Source: an uncultured delta proteobacterium
GTDB lineage: Bacteria; Desulfobacterota; Syntrophia; Syntrophales; UBA2185
Assembly (NCBI GenBank): GCA_963729715.1
Contig: CAVSPA010000004.1
Coordinates: 160,001-224,000 of the forward strand
DNA: 64,000 bases
Direction: 5' to 3'
Shown here: positions 31,551 through 42,333 of the stretch, piece after piece
Numbering within the stretch: the stretch's first letter is position 1
Layout: each line of letters opens with the position of its first letter
Notes under the pieces: generated by a model
What the model was told of the DNA's origin: nothing
The model's database searches: none
The model's input: the letters and a program-made list of their open reading frames with translations, nothing else
Made by a program: the position numbers and the translations under genes

Positions 31551-31808
31551 ATGTCCACCTGGGAATGTCAGGCATCATCTGTTATATGCGTTTTGCAGAT
31601 ACGAGGATGGATCGCGACGGAGCGGGGAATTGCCCGATGAACAGGAATTCATACGCATAGGGCCAAGTCCTTTGGCAAATGGGTCTGCAAATATTTGCAT
31701 TTTTAGCCGCCTAGTAATATAAAAAAACATTTCGCATACTATAGGTCCGTATCTATGTAATATATGCATGAGAGAGGTATATTTGCAAGTTACTGGGTTA
31801 TGGAGAAA

Positions 31809-32720
31809 ATGCATTTCAATTTGATTGTTGTATTGGGGCCTACGGCTTCGGGCAAGACGCGATTGGCTGCCCGCCTGGCAAGGGATAGGGGCTCGGAGAT
31901 AATATCAGCGGACTCGCGGCAGGTTTACCGTGGTATGGATATAGGAACAGGCAAAGACCTTAGTGAATATATCGTAGATGGATTAGCTGTTCCATATCAC
32001 CTCATAGATATTGTAGATCCGGACTATGAATTCAATGTATTCGATTATCGGATGAATTTTTTGCGCGTCTTCACTGATATTTGGTCAAGAGGCATAGTTC
32101 CGGTCATGGTCGGTGGCACGGGTCTGTATATTGAAGCGGCAATAACGGGATACAGGATGTTGCAAGTTCCGGTAAATACCTCCTTGAGGCAGGAACTGGA
32201 AAAAAAGGGGATGAAGGAATTGAGAAGCCGGCTTCTCGAACTTAAACCTGCAGTCCACAATACAACTGATCTCTTGGATCGAAAGCGCCTGATCCGCGCC
32301 ATAGAAATCATGGAGCTCACAAAGACTCATAACTATCACGAATCTCATTCTCCCTCGATAGTTGCGTTGGTTCTTGGCCTTCACTGGGAACGTTCCGTAT
32401 TACGAGAGAGGATTACAGATCGCCTTCATAAGAGGCTGAAGACCGGCATGATCGAAGAAGTGGAAAAGCTTTATCGGTCCGGTATTGGATGGGAAAAACT
32501 CGACTCTTTCGGTCTTGAATATCGTTATATCGGACACTATCTCAGAGGCGTGATGACATATAGTGAGATGTTTCAAAGGCTCAATACGCGCATTCATCAA
32601 TTTGCGAAGAGGCAGGAAACATGGTTCCGACGCATGGAGAAAAAAGGCACTGTAATTAACTGGATAAACGGCGATGATTACGGGAAAGCAACTGATATCG
32701 TAAACGCGCTGATTAAATAA
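31809..32720 (+). CDS. miaA: tRNA dimethylallyltransferase
   Basis: GPTASGKT, SADSRQVYRGMDIGTGK, GGTGLY, FAKRQETWF. Confidence 0.93.
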   Translation: MHFNLIVVLGPTASGKTRLAARLARDRGSEIISADSRQVYRGMDIGTGKDLSEYIVDGLAVPYHLIDIVDPDYEFNVFDYRMNFLRVFTDIWSRGIVPVMVGGTGLYIEAAITGYRMLQVPVNTSLRQELEKKGMKELRSRLLELKPAVHNTTDLLDRKRLIRAIEIMELTKTHNYHESHSPSIVALVLGLHWERSVLRERITDRLHKRLKTGMIEEVEKLYRSGIGWEKLDSFGLEYRYIGHYLRGVMTYSEMFQRLNTRIHQFAKRQETWFRRMEKKGTVINWINGDDYGKATDIVNALIK

Positions 32721-32890
32721 AACGTGCATTTGTCTCGATAAGGGGATATCATAATAAAGTTATCTGCTTTCCGGAATCGTCAGCCGGCTTTTGCGTGAAC
32801 AGCGTTCATGTAAAGAACGGAGCTTTAGGCGGTGGGGTGGAGTCCAAAGGATCAAATGCAGATAATTTTATTCCATAGTGGAGGACTACG

Positions 32891-33976
32891 ATGAGAGATA
32901 AGAAATATATCCGCGCCTTGGCTATCCTTTTCTGCCTTGTCATACTTACACTCGGTGGCTGCGGATCAAAAGATGAAAAACAGGCGAGCACACAAACTGA
33001 ACTTCAAAAGCCGGAGGCGCCGCCGTCTGAGGAAACAGGTTCTGCACCTGCCCCTGCGCCGGGAGCTGCACCAACAGGAGGATCTGCAGTTGTCATAGAT
33101 GTGGATGGCTCAAAGCTTACCCAGAGTCAAGTCGAGACAGAAATTAAGAGAATAATGCCTGCAATGAAGAAGCAGATGCCTGCGGGCCGTCTCGATCAGG
33201 CGAAGGCGAATGCGAGAAGGCAGGTCCTTAGTGACTTTACCGTAAAAACACTCCTGACAAACGAGATGAAAAGACTGAACATCAGCGCCAGCGATGCGGA
33301 GGTCAAAGAAGCTGAAGAGCAGGTGAAGAATGATCTTCCTAAAGGCATGACTATTGAGGATCTCATGAAGAAGAATAAGATCAGCAAGCGAGAGATGCAG
33401 GAAGATCTGCGGTTCAGGATAAAGATCGGCAAGCTCGTTATGATGCAGATGTCGGGTAAATCCAAACCGACGGATAAAGAGATAAGTGAATTCTATCAGA
33501 AGAACAGAGACAAATTCAAGATGCCTGAATCTGTGCATGTCAGACATATCCTGATAGCCAAGGCGGCAGGAGACGATGATAAGATCAAGGCGGAAAAGAA
33601 GGCAAAGGCGGAGGACTTACGAAAACAGTTGCTGGCGGGAGCGAATTTTGCGGAAATTGCCAAGAACAATTCTGACTGTCCCAGCAAGGAAACCGGCGGA
33701 GATCTTGGTGTATTCACGCGAGGTGAGATGGTCAAGCAATTTGAAAATGCTGCATTCTCGCAGGAGGTCAATGCCATAGGGCCCGTCGTGGAGACTGAAT
33801 ATGGTTTCCACATAATTCAGGTGCTGGAGCGTCATGCTTCCAAGGCGCTTGCCCTCGATGACCGGATGAAAGGAAATATCTCGGCCTTTCTCGCTCAACA
33901 GAAGCAGCAGGAGGCCTTTGAGGCAATTCTAAAAAAGTTAAGGGACAAGGCCAAAATCACAGTTTATAGAAACTGA
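32891..33976 (+). CDS. Lipoprotein parvulin-type peptidyl-prolyl isomerase (PrsA/SurA-like)
   Basis: Lipobox LGGC, VHVRHILI, SDCPS..GGDLG, ETEYGFHII. Confidence 0.88.
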   Translation: MRDKKYIRALAILFCLVILTLGGCGSKDEKQASTQTELQKPEAPPSEETGSAPAPAPGAAPTGGSAVVIDVDGSKLTQSQVETEIKRIMPAMKKQMPAGRLDQAKANARRQVLSDFTVKTLLTNEMKRLNISASDAEVKEAEEQVKNDLPKGMTIEDLMKKNKISKREMQEDLRFRIKIGKLVMMQMSGKSKPTDKEISEFYQKNRDKFKMPESVHVRHILIAKAAGDDDKIKAEKKAKAEDLRKQLLAGANFAEIAKNNSDCPSKETGGDLGVFTRGEMVKQFENAAFSQEVNAIGPVVETEYGFHIIQVLERHASKALALDDRMKGNISAFLAQQKQQEAFEAILKKLRDKAKITVYRN

Positions 33977-34122
33977 AAGAGCGTCGGTCGCCGCATGCAG
34001 GAATTGAGATGGCGGATAGACTCAAGCCATGCATTTGCATCAGCGAATAATCTTTCACATCGATATATTGGCCGGCAAATACCGTTTGTACCAAGACCCA
34101 GTCATGTCCGAGGATACTCCAC

Positions 34123-36291
34123 ATGGAAAGAAGCGAGGCCCGCAAAGAAATTGAAAAAAATGGATTAATTATAATATCCATCGCTGCCGTGCTGATATAT
34201 TGGTTCTTTGATTCATTGCTTTCGGGAGTCGTTTTCGTGCGTCTGTTAATAGCGAGTCTGATTGTTACCTACGGCACATTCACCCAGTATTTGATCAATT
34301 CTCACAAGGCCATTCACAGCGCACTGCAGACGGCACATAACGGCATGGAAGAGCAGGTGAAGGCGAGAACCACCGAATTGGTGACGGCAAATGAGGAATT
34401 AAAGAGGAGCGAGAAACTATTTCACACCCTGGCGCAGGTATCGCCTGTCGGTATCTTCCGCACTGATGCTCAAGGAGACTTTATATACGTAAACGAGCGC
34501 TGGTGTGACATTGCCGGCATCCCAATAGAAGGGGCGCTGGGAAAGAATTGGGCAGACGCGGTTCGTTCCGAAGAGAGGGAGAGTGTCGTCCGGAAATGGT
34601 ACGGAAGCGTCCAGGGAAATCGTCCGTTTAACCTGGAACATCAATTTTGCCGACCGGACGGCTCCTCGACATGGGTGCTCGGTCAAGTTACTGCCGAGTT
34701 GAGCGATGACGGTGAAATAAGCGGCTTTGTCGGGACTATCACGGATATTACGGAGAGAAAGCGGGCTGAAGAAGAGCGTATGCATCTGGCCACGGCCATT
34801 GAACAGACGGCTGAAGGTCTCATAGTAACTAATAGGGATTGGCTAATCCAGTACGTCAACCCGGCTGTCGAGCGCATGACCGGCTACAGTAAGAGCGAGC
34901 TCATGGGCCAGCATAGCGAGATCCTCAAGAGTGATAAGCATGACAGGGCCTTTCATAATAATATACGGGATACCCTCGCGCGCGGCGAGGTATGGGCAGG
35001 GCATCTGGTGAACAGAAGAAAGGATGGCTCTTTCTACGAAACTGAGGTTACGTCTTCACCTGTTCTGGACAGCGCGGGCAATATAATAAACTATGTAAGC
35101 ATCCTCCGTGATATTACGCGTGAGGTGAGGCTTGAGAGGGAGCTCCGCCAGGCGCATAAGATGGAGGCCATAGGGACATTGGCCGGCGGCATAGCGCATG
35201 ACTTTAACAACATCCTGATGGCTATTATCGGCTACACGGAGATGGCGCTTTATAAAATTCCCGAGGGGACGACTCAGGTGCGGCGAGACCTGGAGCAGGT
35301 ACTCAAGGCCGGTTATAGGGCGAGAGACCTCGTAAACCAGATCCTTACCTTCAGCCACCAGTCCGATCAGGAGCGAAAAGTCATAGACATAGTACCTACC
35401 GTTAAAGAGGCGCTCAAGCTCTTGCGCTCTTCGTTGCCGAGCACCATTGAGATTCGTCAGGACATCGCAATTCCACCGGAAAAAGGGGTAATTCTAGCTG
35501 ATCCGACTCAGATCCATCAGGTGTTGATGAACCTTTGCACTAATGCAGCTCATGCAATGCGGGATAAAGGCGGCATATTGAGCGTTAGCTTGTCGAGTGT
35601 CAAGGCCGACGGGTATCTCGTTTCCCGCTATCCCGATTTGAAGCCGGGGCCTTATGTGAGACTAACAGTCGGCGATACGGGCCATGGAGTGGACCCGTCG
35701 ATATTAGAACGGATATTCGATCCGTATTTTACTACCAAGGGGCCGGGCGAGGGAACGGGGATGGGGCTTGCCGTCGTGCTGGGCATTGTCAAAAGACATG
35801 GGGGGATGATTACTGTTCACAGTGAAATTGGCAAAGGGACCACTTTCCATGCGGTTTTTCCCAGGATTGAGCAGGAGATTGCCCGGGAAGCTATGGTGGC
35901 GGAAGTGCTGCCTACGGGGAGTGAGAGAATCTTGTTCGTTGACGATGAAAAGCCCCTTGTTGATCTGGGGAAGGGAATGTTGGAGTCGCTTGGTTACAGG
36001 GTTACCATCAAAACGAGCAGTCTGGAAGCCCTCGAAACCTTCCGCGCCAAGCCTGATGCATTTGACCTGATCATCACCGATGTAACCATGCCGGGCATGA
36101 CAGGTATAGAGCTGGCAAAGGAAGTAATGGCCGTCCGGCCTGATATTCCAATTATATTGTGCACCGGATTCAGCGAACTCATAAACGAAAAGCAGGCCAA
36201 AGAAATGGGGATCAGGGAGTTTGTCATGAAGCCCTTTGTGATCGGCAAGCATGCTAAGACCATTCGCAGGGTACTGGAGCAGAAGCGATAA
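34123..36291 (+). CDS. Hybrid sensor histidine kinase (TM-PAS-PAS-HisKA-HATPase-REC)
   Basis: AGGIAHDFNN, QVLMNLCTNA, PYFTTK, GTGMGL, FVDDE, TDVTMP. Confidence 0.92.
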   Translation: MERSEARKEIEKNGLIIISIAAVLIYWFFDSLLSGVVFVRLLIASLIVTYGTFTQYLINSHKAIHSALQTAHNGMEEQVKARTTELVTANEELKRSEKLFHTLAQVSPVGIFRTDAQGDFIYVNERWCDIAGIPIEGALGKNWADAVRSEERESVVRKWYGSVQGNRPFNLEHQFCRPDGSSTWVLGQVTAELSDDGEISGFVGTITDITERKRAEEERMHLATAIEQTAEGLIVTNRDWLIQYVNPAVERMTGYSKSELMGQHSEILKSDKHDRAFHNNIRDTLARGEVWAGHLVNRRKDGSFYETEVTSSPVLDSAGNIINYVSILRDITREVRLERELRQAHKMEAIGTLAGGIAHDFNNILMAIIGYTEMALYKIPEGTTQVRRDLEQVLKAGYRARDLVNQILTFSHQSDQERKVIDIVPTVKEALKLLRSSLPSTIEIRQDIAIPPEKGVILADPTQIHQVLMNLCTNAAHAMRDKGGILSVSLSSVKADGYLVSRYPDLKPGPYVRLTVGDTGHGVDPSILERIFDPYFTTKGPGEGTGMGLAVVLGIVKRHGGMITVHSEIGKGTTFHAVFPRIEQEIAREAMVAEVLPTGSERILFVDDEKPLVDLGKGMLESLGYRVTIKTSSLEALETFRAKPDAFDLIITDVTMPGMTGIELAKEVMAVRPDIPIILCTGFSELINEKQAKEMGIREFVMKPFVIGKHAKTIRRVLEQKR

Positions 36292-36342
36292 CGTCACGGA
36301 ATCTGCAAGTCTGCCGCAATAATATATGGCAGACAGCATAGC

Positions 36343-37158
36343 TCAGAATGAGTGCTTCTTTTCGGGGAAACTACCCTTTCTCACATCGTCGATATATTGA
36401 TTGACAGCATCCTTCATCTGCGCATCAAGACGTGTATATATCTTGACAAATTTTGGTATGAACCTGTCAAACATTCCCACCATGTCATGAAGTACCAGCA
36501 CCTGACCGTCACAGTCAACGCCGGCGCCTATGCCTATCGTGGGAATCGTAAGCGATTGTGTTACCGTCTTTGCCAGTGTTGCCGGCACACATTCTAATAC
36601 GATCGAAAATGCCCCGGCTTCTTCGAGGATTTTTGCATCTTCAATGATTCTCTTGGCTGCCTGCTGCTCTTTTCCCTGAACCTTGTATCCTCCAAACTGA
36701 TGAACGGATTGCGGCGTCAGGCCGAGGTGTGCCATGACGGGGATTCCTGCTGAAGTCATCCGTCTGGTGATTTCGGCCATCTCTCTGCCTCCTTCCAGTT
36801 TGACACCCTGGGCGCCTGCTTCCTGAAGAAAACGGCCGGCGTTATAAAGCGCATCTTCAGGAGAGACCTGGTAGGACATAAACGGCATATCACCGACGAC
36901 CATCGCATGCTTGACTGCGCGGGACACTGCCTTCGTGTGATGAATCATTTCGTCCATGGTAACGGGCAACGTGCTGTCATAGCCTAACACGACCATGCCT
37001 AACGTATCTCCGACAAGGACGACGTCAATGCCTGCATCGTCCACTATGAGAGCCGTTGGATAATCGTAAGCCGTTAACATGCATATCTTTTCATTCTTTT
37101 TTTTCATGTCGCGAATCACGGCAGTAGTGATTCTATTCGTGCTCGTCTGCGTGCTCAT
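36343..37158 (-). CDS. panB: 3-methyl-2-oxobutanoate hydroxymethyltransferase
   Basis: [44 protein letters not shown]. Confidence 0.96.
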   Translation of the reverse strand: MSTQTSTNRITTAVIRDMKKKNEKICMLTAYDYPTALIVDDAGIDVVLVGDTLGMVVLGYDSTLPVTMDEMIHHTKAVSRAVKHAMVVGDMPFMSYQVSPEDALYNAGRFLQEAGAQGVKLEGGREMAEITRRMTSAGIPVMAHLGLTPQSVHQFGGYKVQGKEQQAAKRIIEDAKILEEAGAFSIVLECVPATLAKTVTQSLTIPTIGIGAGVDCDGQVLVLHDMVGMFDRFIPKFVKIYTRLDAQMKDAVNQYIDDVRKGSFPEKKHSF

Positions 37159-37167
37159 TTCGTCACC

Positions 37168-38052
37168 TCACGTTAGTAGTTCTTTAATTATCCGGGCAGT
37201 TTCAAGAGACAATGTCTTCTTCTTCAATCCAAGGTCGCAAGTCAGGATGCCAAGTGCGCTATATGCCTGCAAGAGGGCCGGCAGCTTCTGTCGCAAGACC
37301 TCTGTGTGTTTTCTTATGGTACCTGCATCTCCGCGTGCTACGGGTCCCGTCAGCGCTTGAACCGTGCCCTTTGTCTTGATATTAGCGATCGTACCCATAA
37401 CGAGGGGCCAGATGGCCCGAATGGTGTCCTCACGGTTCAGACCTAGTGATTGATAAATTTCTTCTACCATATGGATCAGGGTCGTCAAATAGTTTGAAGC
37501 CATGCAGGCAGCGGCATGGTAGAGGGGTTTGTCAGCATCGGAAATGAAGAATGGTATACCGCCGAGATCCCTGACCATTTGTATGGACCACTCCTTGATT
37601 TCATCTTCCGAAGTAATTCCGAATGTGCTGCCGGGAATATTCTTGACAGCGCCGTCTACATCGGCAAAGGACTGCAGCGGATGTATACAAGCGATGTGAG
37701 CCCCGGCATCCTGCGCAGACTCAAGAAGCTCAAGACCTCCCGCACCGCTCATGTGGATGACTTTGGCGCCGGGCCTTATGCCTCCGTCACTCGATATTTT
37801 CATGCATACCTGCGCAATAGCGTCATCCGGCGTTGTAATAATTATACAATCGGCCGCAAGAGCGGCCTCAGAAAAATTCAGATACGGCCTGCCCCCTGTA
37901 TAGACCATGCCCTGAGACAAGGATGCCTTCGACCTGCTGGCAACGGCAACTATAGTGTATCCCGCGTGGCGGAGAAGAAAGCCAACCGCCGTACCCACCT
38001 TACCGAGGCCGAGGATGGCAACAGCGTCCCTTGTTATTTCTTGAGTATTCAT
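37168..38052 (-). CDS. panG: Rossmann-like/DUF2520 protein (PanG-type ketopantoate reductase)
   Basis: GLGKVG, HMSGA, HPLQSF, YHAAACMASN, ALTGPVARGD; directly upstream of panB. Confidence 0.75.
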   Translation of the reverse strand: MNTQEITRDAVAILGLGKVGTAVGFLLRHAGYTIVAVASRSKASLSQGMVYTGGRPYLNFSEAALAADCIIITTPDDAIAQVCMKISSDGGIRPGAKVIHMSGAGGLELLESAQDAGAHIACIHPLQSFADVDGAVKNIPGSTFGITSEDEIKEWSIQMVRDLGGIPFFISDADKPLYHAAACMASNYLTTLIHMVEEIYQSLGLNREDTIRAIWPLVMGTIANIKTKGTVQALTGPVARGDAGTIRKHTEVLRQKLPALLQAYSALGILTCDLGLKKKTLSLETARIIKELLT

Positions 38053-38072
38053 AATTAAAAGTTTATAAAATC

Positions 38073-38106
38073 AAAAAGGCCTTCCGGATAGACGCCGGAC
38101 GGCCTT
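38073..38106 (-). terminator. Intrinsic terminator/attenuator in the pan operon leader
   Basis: Minus strand AAGGCC-GTCCGG...CCGGA-AGGCCTTTTT, 20 nt before the panG start. Confidence 0.75.
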
Positions 38107-38124
38107 AAGATAAAAACACTCTTA

Positions 38125-38176
38125 GTTGACCATTCCGTCTCGGTCCATCCGTTGCGGATCCAAGCGGACAGACGCT
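38125..38176 (-). ncRNA. pan RNA motif-like cis-regulatory leader
   Basis: Minus strand TCCG-CTTGGATCC-GCAAC-GGATGGACCGAG-ACGGA bulged hairpin upstream of the terminator and panG-panB. Confidence 0.7.
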
Positions 38177-38302
38177 TATTAGCATAAAGTGTTTCAAGGA
38201 GTCAATAGAACAAATTAGCGGCACATACAGAGTTATTGTCATCTTGTAATTGCCTGACCTGTCATATATAAGAACTTTTATGGAAATTAGAGAGCCTGTA
38301 GG

Positions 38303-38947
38303 ATGAAACATATTGAACTCATGATATTTGATTTGGATGGGACCCTTGTCAACTCCGGAGGGGACATCGTCACGTCCGTTAATTACACCCTCGAGAGCCT
38401 GGATATACAGGCAAAAAGCCAGGAGGAGATTTTCACTTTTGTGGGGGATGGTGCCAACAAAATGATCGAAAGGGCCCTCGGCAGGGATTTTCAATATCTC
38501 TTCGATGGGGCGATGGATATTTTTTCGGATTATTATGCGAGGCACATGCTCGATACGACATGCCTGTGCGAGTCCGTCATCGAAGTACTCGACCACTTCC
38601 GCGAGAAGAAAAAAGTTATTATTACGAATAAGCGGAGATATTTTACGCTCAAGATGACGGACGCCCTCGGCATCTCAAAATACTTCGAAGATATTATCGG
38701 GGCTGACAGTACAGCATACAAAAAGCCTGACCCTCGCCTGTTTACTCCTCTTCTGGAAAGGGTTCATGCGGTCCGTGATGATACAGTCGTCGTAGGCGAT
38801 GGCGTGAACGACATAATGCTCGCAAAAAATACGGGCGTATTGAGTTGTGCCCTTTTGAACGGGCTTACACGCAGAGACATACTGCTCGCTCTCGATCCCG
38901 ATTATGCATGTGAAGGACTCCGGGAACTAATTAAGATATTTTACTGA
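38303..38947 (+). CDS. HAD-family hydrolase (phosphoglycolate phosphatase-like)
   Basis: FDLDGTLVNS, ITNK, KKPDP, VGDGVND. Confidence 0.88.
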   Translation: MKHIELMIFDLDGTLVNSGGDIVTSVNYTLESLDIQAKSQEEIFTFVGDGANKMIERALGRDFQYLFDGAMDIFSDYYARHMLDTTCLCESVIEVLDHFREKKKVIITNKRRYFTLKMTDALGISKYFEDIIGADSTAYKKPDPRLFTPLLERVHAVRDDTVVVGDGVNDIMLAKNTGVLSCALLNGLTRRDILLALDPDYACEGLRELIKIFY

Positions 38948-38970
38948 AATCTGCGCTATATCTGTCACGT

Positions 38971-40368
38971 ATGATTGGAAAGATTAAAGACGCCATAAAA
39001 GAGAATCATCTCCTCGACCCGGGGGAAAAGGTTGTTGTAGCCGTCTCTGGGGGATCCGATTCCGTCGCCCTGCTGAAAGTACTGGAGATGCTCTCCTATG
39101 AATACAGGCTCACTCTAATTGTGGCGCATCTTAATCATGGACTCAGGAGAGAGGCTCCCCTCGAAGAGCAATTCGTACGCAGAATGGCCCAAGACATGGG
39201 ATTAGTATTTGAAAGTAAATCCCTCGATATCAGATCGTTAGGACAAGGAGCCGGTAAGTGCATGGAAGACACAAGCCGGGAAGTGAGATACGATTTTCTA
39301 AATGACGTTGCCAAGAAATACGGTGCACGGAAAATCGCCTTGGGGCATCATACGAATGATCAGACCGAGACTGTGCTGATGAATTTTTTGCGGGGAAGCG
39401 GTCCGACAGGATTAAAGGGCATGCTGCCCGCCAGAGATTCAACATATATCAGGCCTCTTCTTGGTGTGACGAGGGACGAAATAATATCGTTTCTCGCATC
39501 CCATGGATTACCGTTTGTCACCGACGCATCCAATGCGGATCAGCGTTACCTGCGAAACCGGATAAGGCATGCATTGATACCTCTGCTCACGGCAAGATAT
39601 AATCCGAAATTGGACGAAAGTATAAAGAGTATGGCCGAGATCATGCGCGTAGAAGACGATTATATGGAAATGGTAACCGCTGCGGTGCTGTCTTTATGGC
39701 GTGTGGCGCCAGCTGATAGAAAGTTTGAGATTTGTATATCTGACTTCTTGGAATATCACGAAGCTATTCAGAGAAGGATTATGAAACATCTGTTGGAAAG
39801 GTTAAGCACGAATGGTAAGGGTATTGGCTTCACCCACATAAGAGCCGCTTTGGGACTATTCCGTTCTTATCGCCCAGGTGTTCGTGTGAATCTGCCCTGT
39901 AATATAGAGGTAAGGCGCGAATATGATACTGTTGTCATTTCCAGGAGAGACGTCGGTGAAGAAGAAATTCTAAATAAGAGATGGAATGATCTCTATTACG
40001 AGGTTACCCCTCCGGCCTCTGTGAAAATGGCGGAACTGGGAAGGACAATGATATTTGAGTTCGCAGAAGGTCCGATTGATGGGATAAGAAACGCCCGAGA
40101 TGCCGTTTTCATGGACTACGGCAGGATATCTCCACCCCTGGTCATAAGAACTGTCAGACCGGGTGACAGGATGCAGCCCCTCGGCATGAAAGGAATGAAA
40201 AAAATAAAGTCTGTCATGATTGACGGAAAGATACCCATCCGCCATAGAAAGGAGATTCCCCTGGTACTCGATCAGCAGGCAGTGCTCTGGATTGCCGGAC
40301 TGCGACTTAGTGAACGTGTTAAGATAACAGAAAAAACAAGACAGATACTCAAAGTAGAATTTATTTGA
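38971..40368 (+). CDS. tilS: tRNA(Ile)-lysidine synthetase
   Basis: AVSGGSDS, HLNHGLR, GHHTNDQTET, IRPLL, RNRIR. Confidence 0.95.
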   Translation: MIGKIKDAIKENHLLDPGEKVVVAVSGGSDSVALLKVLEMLSYEYRLTLIVAHLNHGLRREAPLEEQFVRRMAQDMGLVFESKSLDIRSLGQGAGKCMEDTSREVRYDFLNDVAKKYGARKIALGHHTNDQTETVLMNFLRGSGPTGLKGMLPARDSTYIRPLLGVTRDEIISFLASHGLPFVTDASNADQRYLRNRIRHALIPLLTARYNPKLDESIKSMAEIMRVEDDYMEMVTAAVLSLWRVAPADRKFEICISDFLEYHEAIQRRIMKHLLERLSTNGKGIGFTHIRAALGLFRSYRPGVRVNLPCNIEVRREYDTVVISRRDVGEEEILNKRWNDLYYEVTPPASVKMAELGRTMIFEFAEGPIDGIRNARDAVFMDYGRISPPLVIRTVRPGDRMQPLGMKGMKKIKSVMIDGKIPIRHRKEIPLVLDQQAVLWIAGLRLSERVKITEKTRQILKVEFI

Positions 40369-40463
40369 AATAATGCCCTTGTTAATGTAGTGGTAGATTA
40401 ATAACTCGGAAATGGTATTTTGGTGTCGTTCGCGCACATGCGGGAGGCCACAGGGAGGTAATA

Positions 40464-42296
40464 TTGAATTCATTGCAGAAAAACATAGCGCTCTGGCTCT
40501 TTATCAGTCTGGTTTTCGTGCTGCTCTACCATCTTTTCAATCAGCCGAAGAGTGCACAGGAAAATATCATCTATAGTGATTTTGTAAGCTACGCAGAAAA
40601 GGGGCAGATCGTTGAAGTGACTATACAGGGCGAAGGTATCACAGGCAAGCTCAACAGTGGCAAGAATTTCAAGACATATGCGCCAAAAGATGCGGGGCTG
40701 CTCCAGATCCTGAAGGATAAGGGTGTACGGATTGCATCAAAGCCTGCAGAAGAGTCTCCCTGGTATATGAATGTCCTGATTTCCTGGGTACCCATGCTGT
40801 TGCTCATAGGCGTATGGATATTCTTCATGCGCCAGATGCAGGCCGGCGGGGGCAAGGCCATGGCATTCGGCAAGAGCAAGGCCCGTCTCGTTACTGACAA
40901 ATCGAAAAAAGTGACCTTTGCCGATGTGGCAGGTATAGACGAGGCCAAAGCGGAACTGGAGGAAGTAATTGAGTTCCTCAGGGATCCCAAAAAGTTTACG
41001 CGGCTCGGTGGCAGAATTCCCAAAGGCCTTCTTCTCGTTGGCCAGCCGGGTACGGGGAAAACACTGCTTGCGAAGGCGATTGCCGGCGAGGCAGAGGTGC
41101 CTTTTCTCAGCATAAGCGGATCTGATTTTGTCGAGATGTTCGTCGGCGTGGGAGCTTCGCGTGTGCGGGACCTCTTCGACCAGGGTAAAAAGAACGCTCC
41201 ATGTATCATTTTTATTGATGAAATCGACGCAGTAGGGAGGCATAGGGGCGCTGGTCTCGGAGGAGGCCACGATGAGAGGGAACAGACCTTGAATCAGCTT
41301 CTCGTGGAAATGGACGGGTTCGAATCAAATGAAGGAGTAATTCTCGTTTCCGCAACAAACCGGCCTGATGTGCTTGATCCTGCACTCCTGAGACCCGGCA
41401 GGTTTGACCGGCAGGTAGTCGTTCCTCTTCCCGATGTCAAAGGCAGGGAAAAGATATTGGAGGTGCATACGAGAAAGACGCCACTGGCGGAGGACATTGA
41501 TTTTGCCGTTATAGCGAGAGGCACACCCGGGTTTTCCGGTGCAGATATAGAAAATCTTGTTAATGAGTCGGTTCTTTATGCTGCGAGATACGGTAAAGAT
41601 AAGGTGCATATGAGCGACTTCGAGTTTGCCAAAGACAAGGTCATGATGGGTGCGGAAAGAAAAAGCATGGTGATAAGTATTGAGGAGAGGAAGAACACGG
41701 CTTACCACGAATCAGGCCATGCCTTGGTGGCGAGACTCTTGCCGGGAAGTGATCCTATCCATAAGGTTACAATAATTCCGAGGGGCATGGCGCTCGGCCT
41801 TACACAGCAATTGCCCGTGGACGAAAAACATACGTATCCCAAACAGTATCTCTTGAACAATATAACCATTCTCTTAGGGGGCAGGGCAGCGGAAGAGTTG
41901 ATATTGAATGAATTTACTACGGGTTCCGGAAACGATATTGAGAGGGCCACGAACTTAGCAAGGAAAATGGTATGTGAGTGGGGCATGAGCGATTCAATGG
42001 GGCCGCTCAGCTACGGGAAAAAAGAAGAGCAGATATTTCTCGGTCGTGAATTTGCCACGCATAAAGATTACAGTGAAGAGACAGCGCAAAGGATTGATAA
42101 GGAAGTAACACGCTTGGTATCGGAGAGCTACGAAAAAGCAAAGAAACTGTTATCAGACCACATCGATATATTGAACAGGATCGCAGCGGCCCTTCTCGAG
42201 AAGGAGGTATTGAACACTATGGAACTCGACGAAATCATACAAATGAAGGAGGGGGATGTGGCAGAAAGCGGGAATACGATACCAAGAGAGGATTAG
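40464..42296 (+). CDS. ftsH: ATP-dependent zinc metalloprotease FtsH
   Basis: [30 protein letters not shown]. Confidence 0.97.
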   Translation: MNSLQKNIALWLFISLVFVLLYHLFNQPKSAQENIIYSDFVSYAEKGQIVEVTIQGEGITGKLNSGKNFKTYAPKDAGLLQILKDKGVRIASKPAEESPWYMNVLISWVPMLLLIGVWIFFMRQMQAGGGKAMAFGKSKARLVTDKSKKVTFADVAGIDEAKAELEEVIEFLRDPKKFTRLGGRIPKGLLLVGQPGTGKTLLAKAIAGEAEVPFLSISGSDFVEMFVGVGASRVRDLFDQGKKNAPCIIFIDEIDAVGRHRGAGLGGGHDEREQTLNQLLVEMDGFESNEGVILVSATNRPDVLDPALLRPGRFDRQVVVPLPDVKGREKILEVHTRKTPLAEDIDFAVIARGTPGFSGADIENLVNESVLYAARYGKDKVHMSDFEFAKDKVMMGAERKSMVISIEERKNTAYHESGHALVARLLPGSDPIHKVTIIPRGMALGLTQQLPVDEKHTYPKQYLLNNITILLGGRAAEELILNEFTTGSGNDIERATNLARKMVCEWGMSDSMGPLSYGKKEEQIFLGREFATHKDYSEETAQRIDKEVTRLVSESYEKAKKLLSDHIDILNRIAAALLEKEVLNTMELDEIIQMKEGDVAESGNTIPRED

Positions 42297-42333
42297 ACTA
42301 ACCATTGAAGCCCCCTTCTCTAAATTTTATACA

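Noticed and set aside
31686..31699. Perfect palindrome TGCAAATATTTGCA between MATE and miaA
   Set aside because: Single occurrence with no assignable regulator; could be chance.
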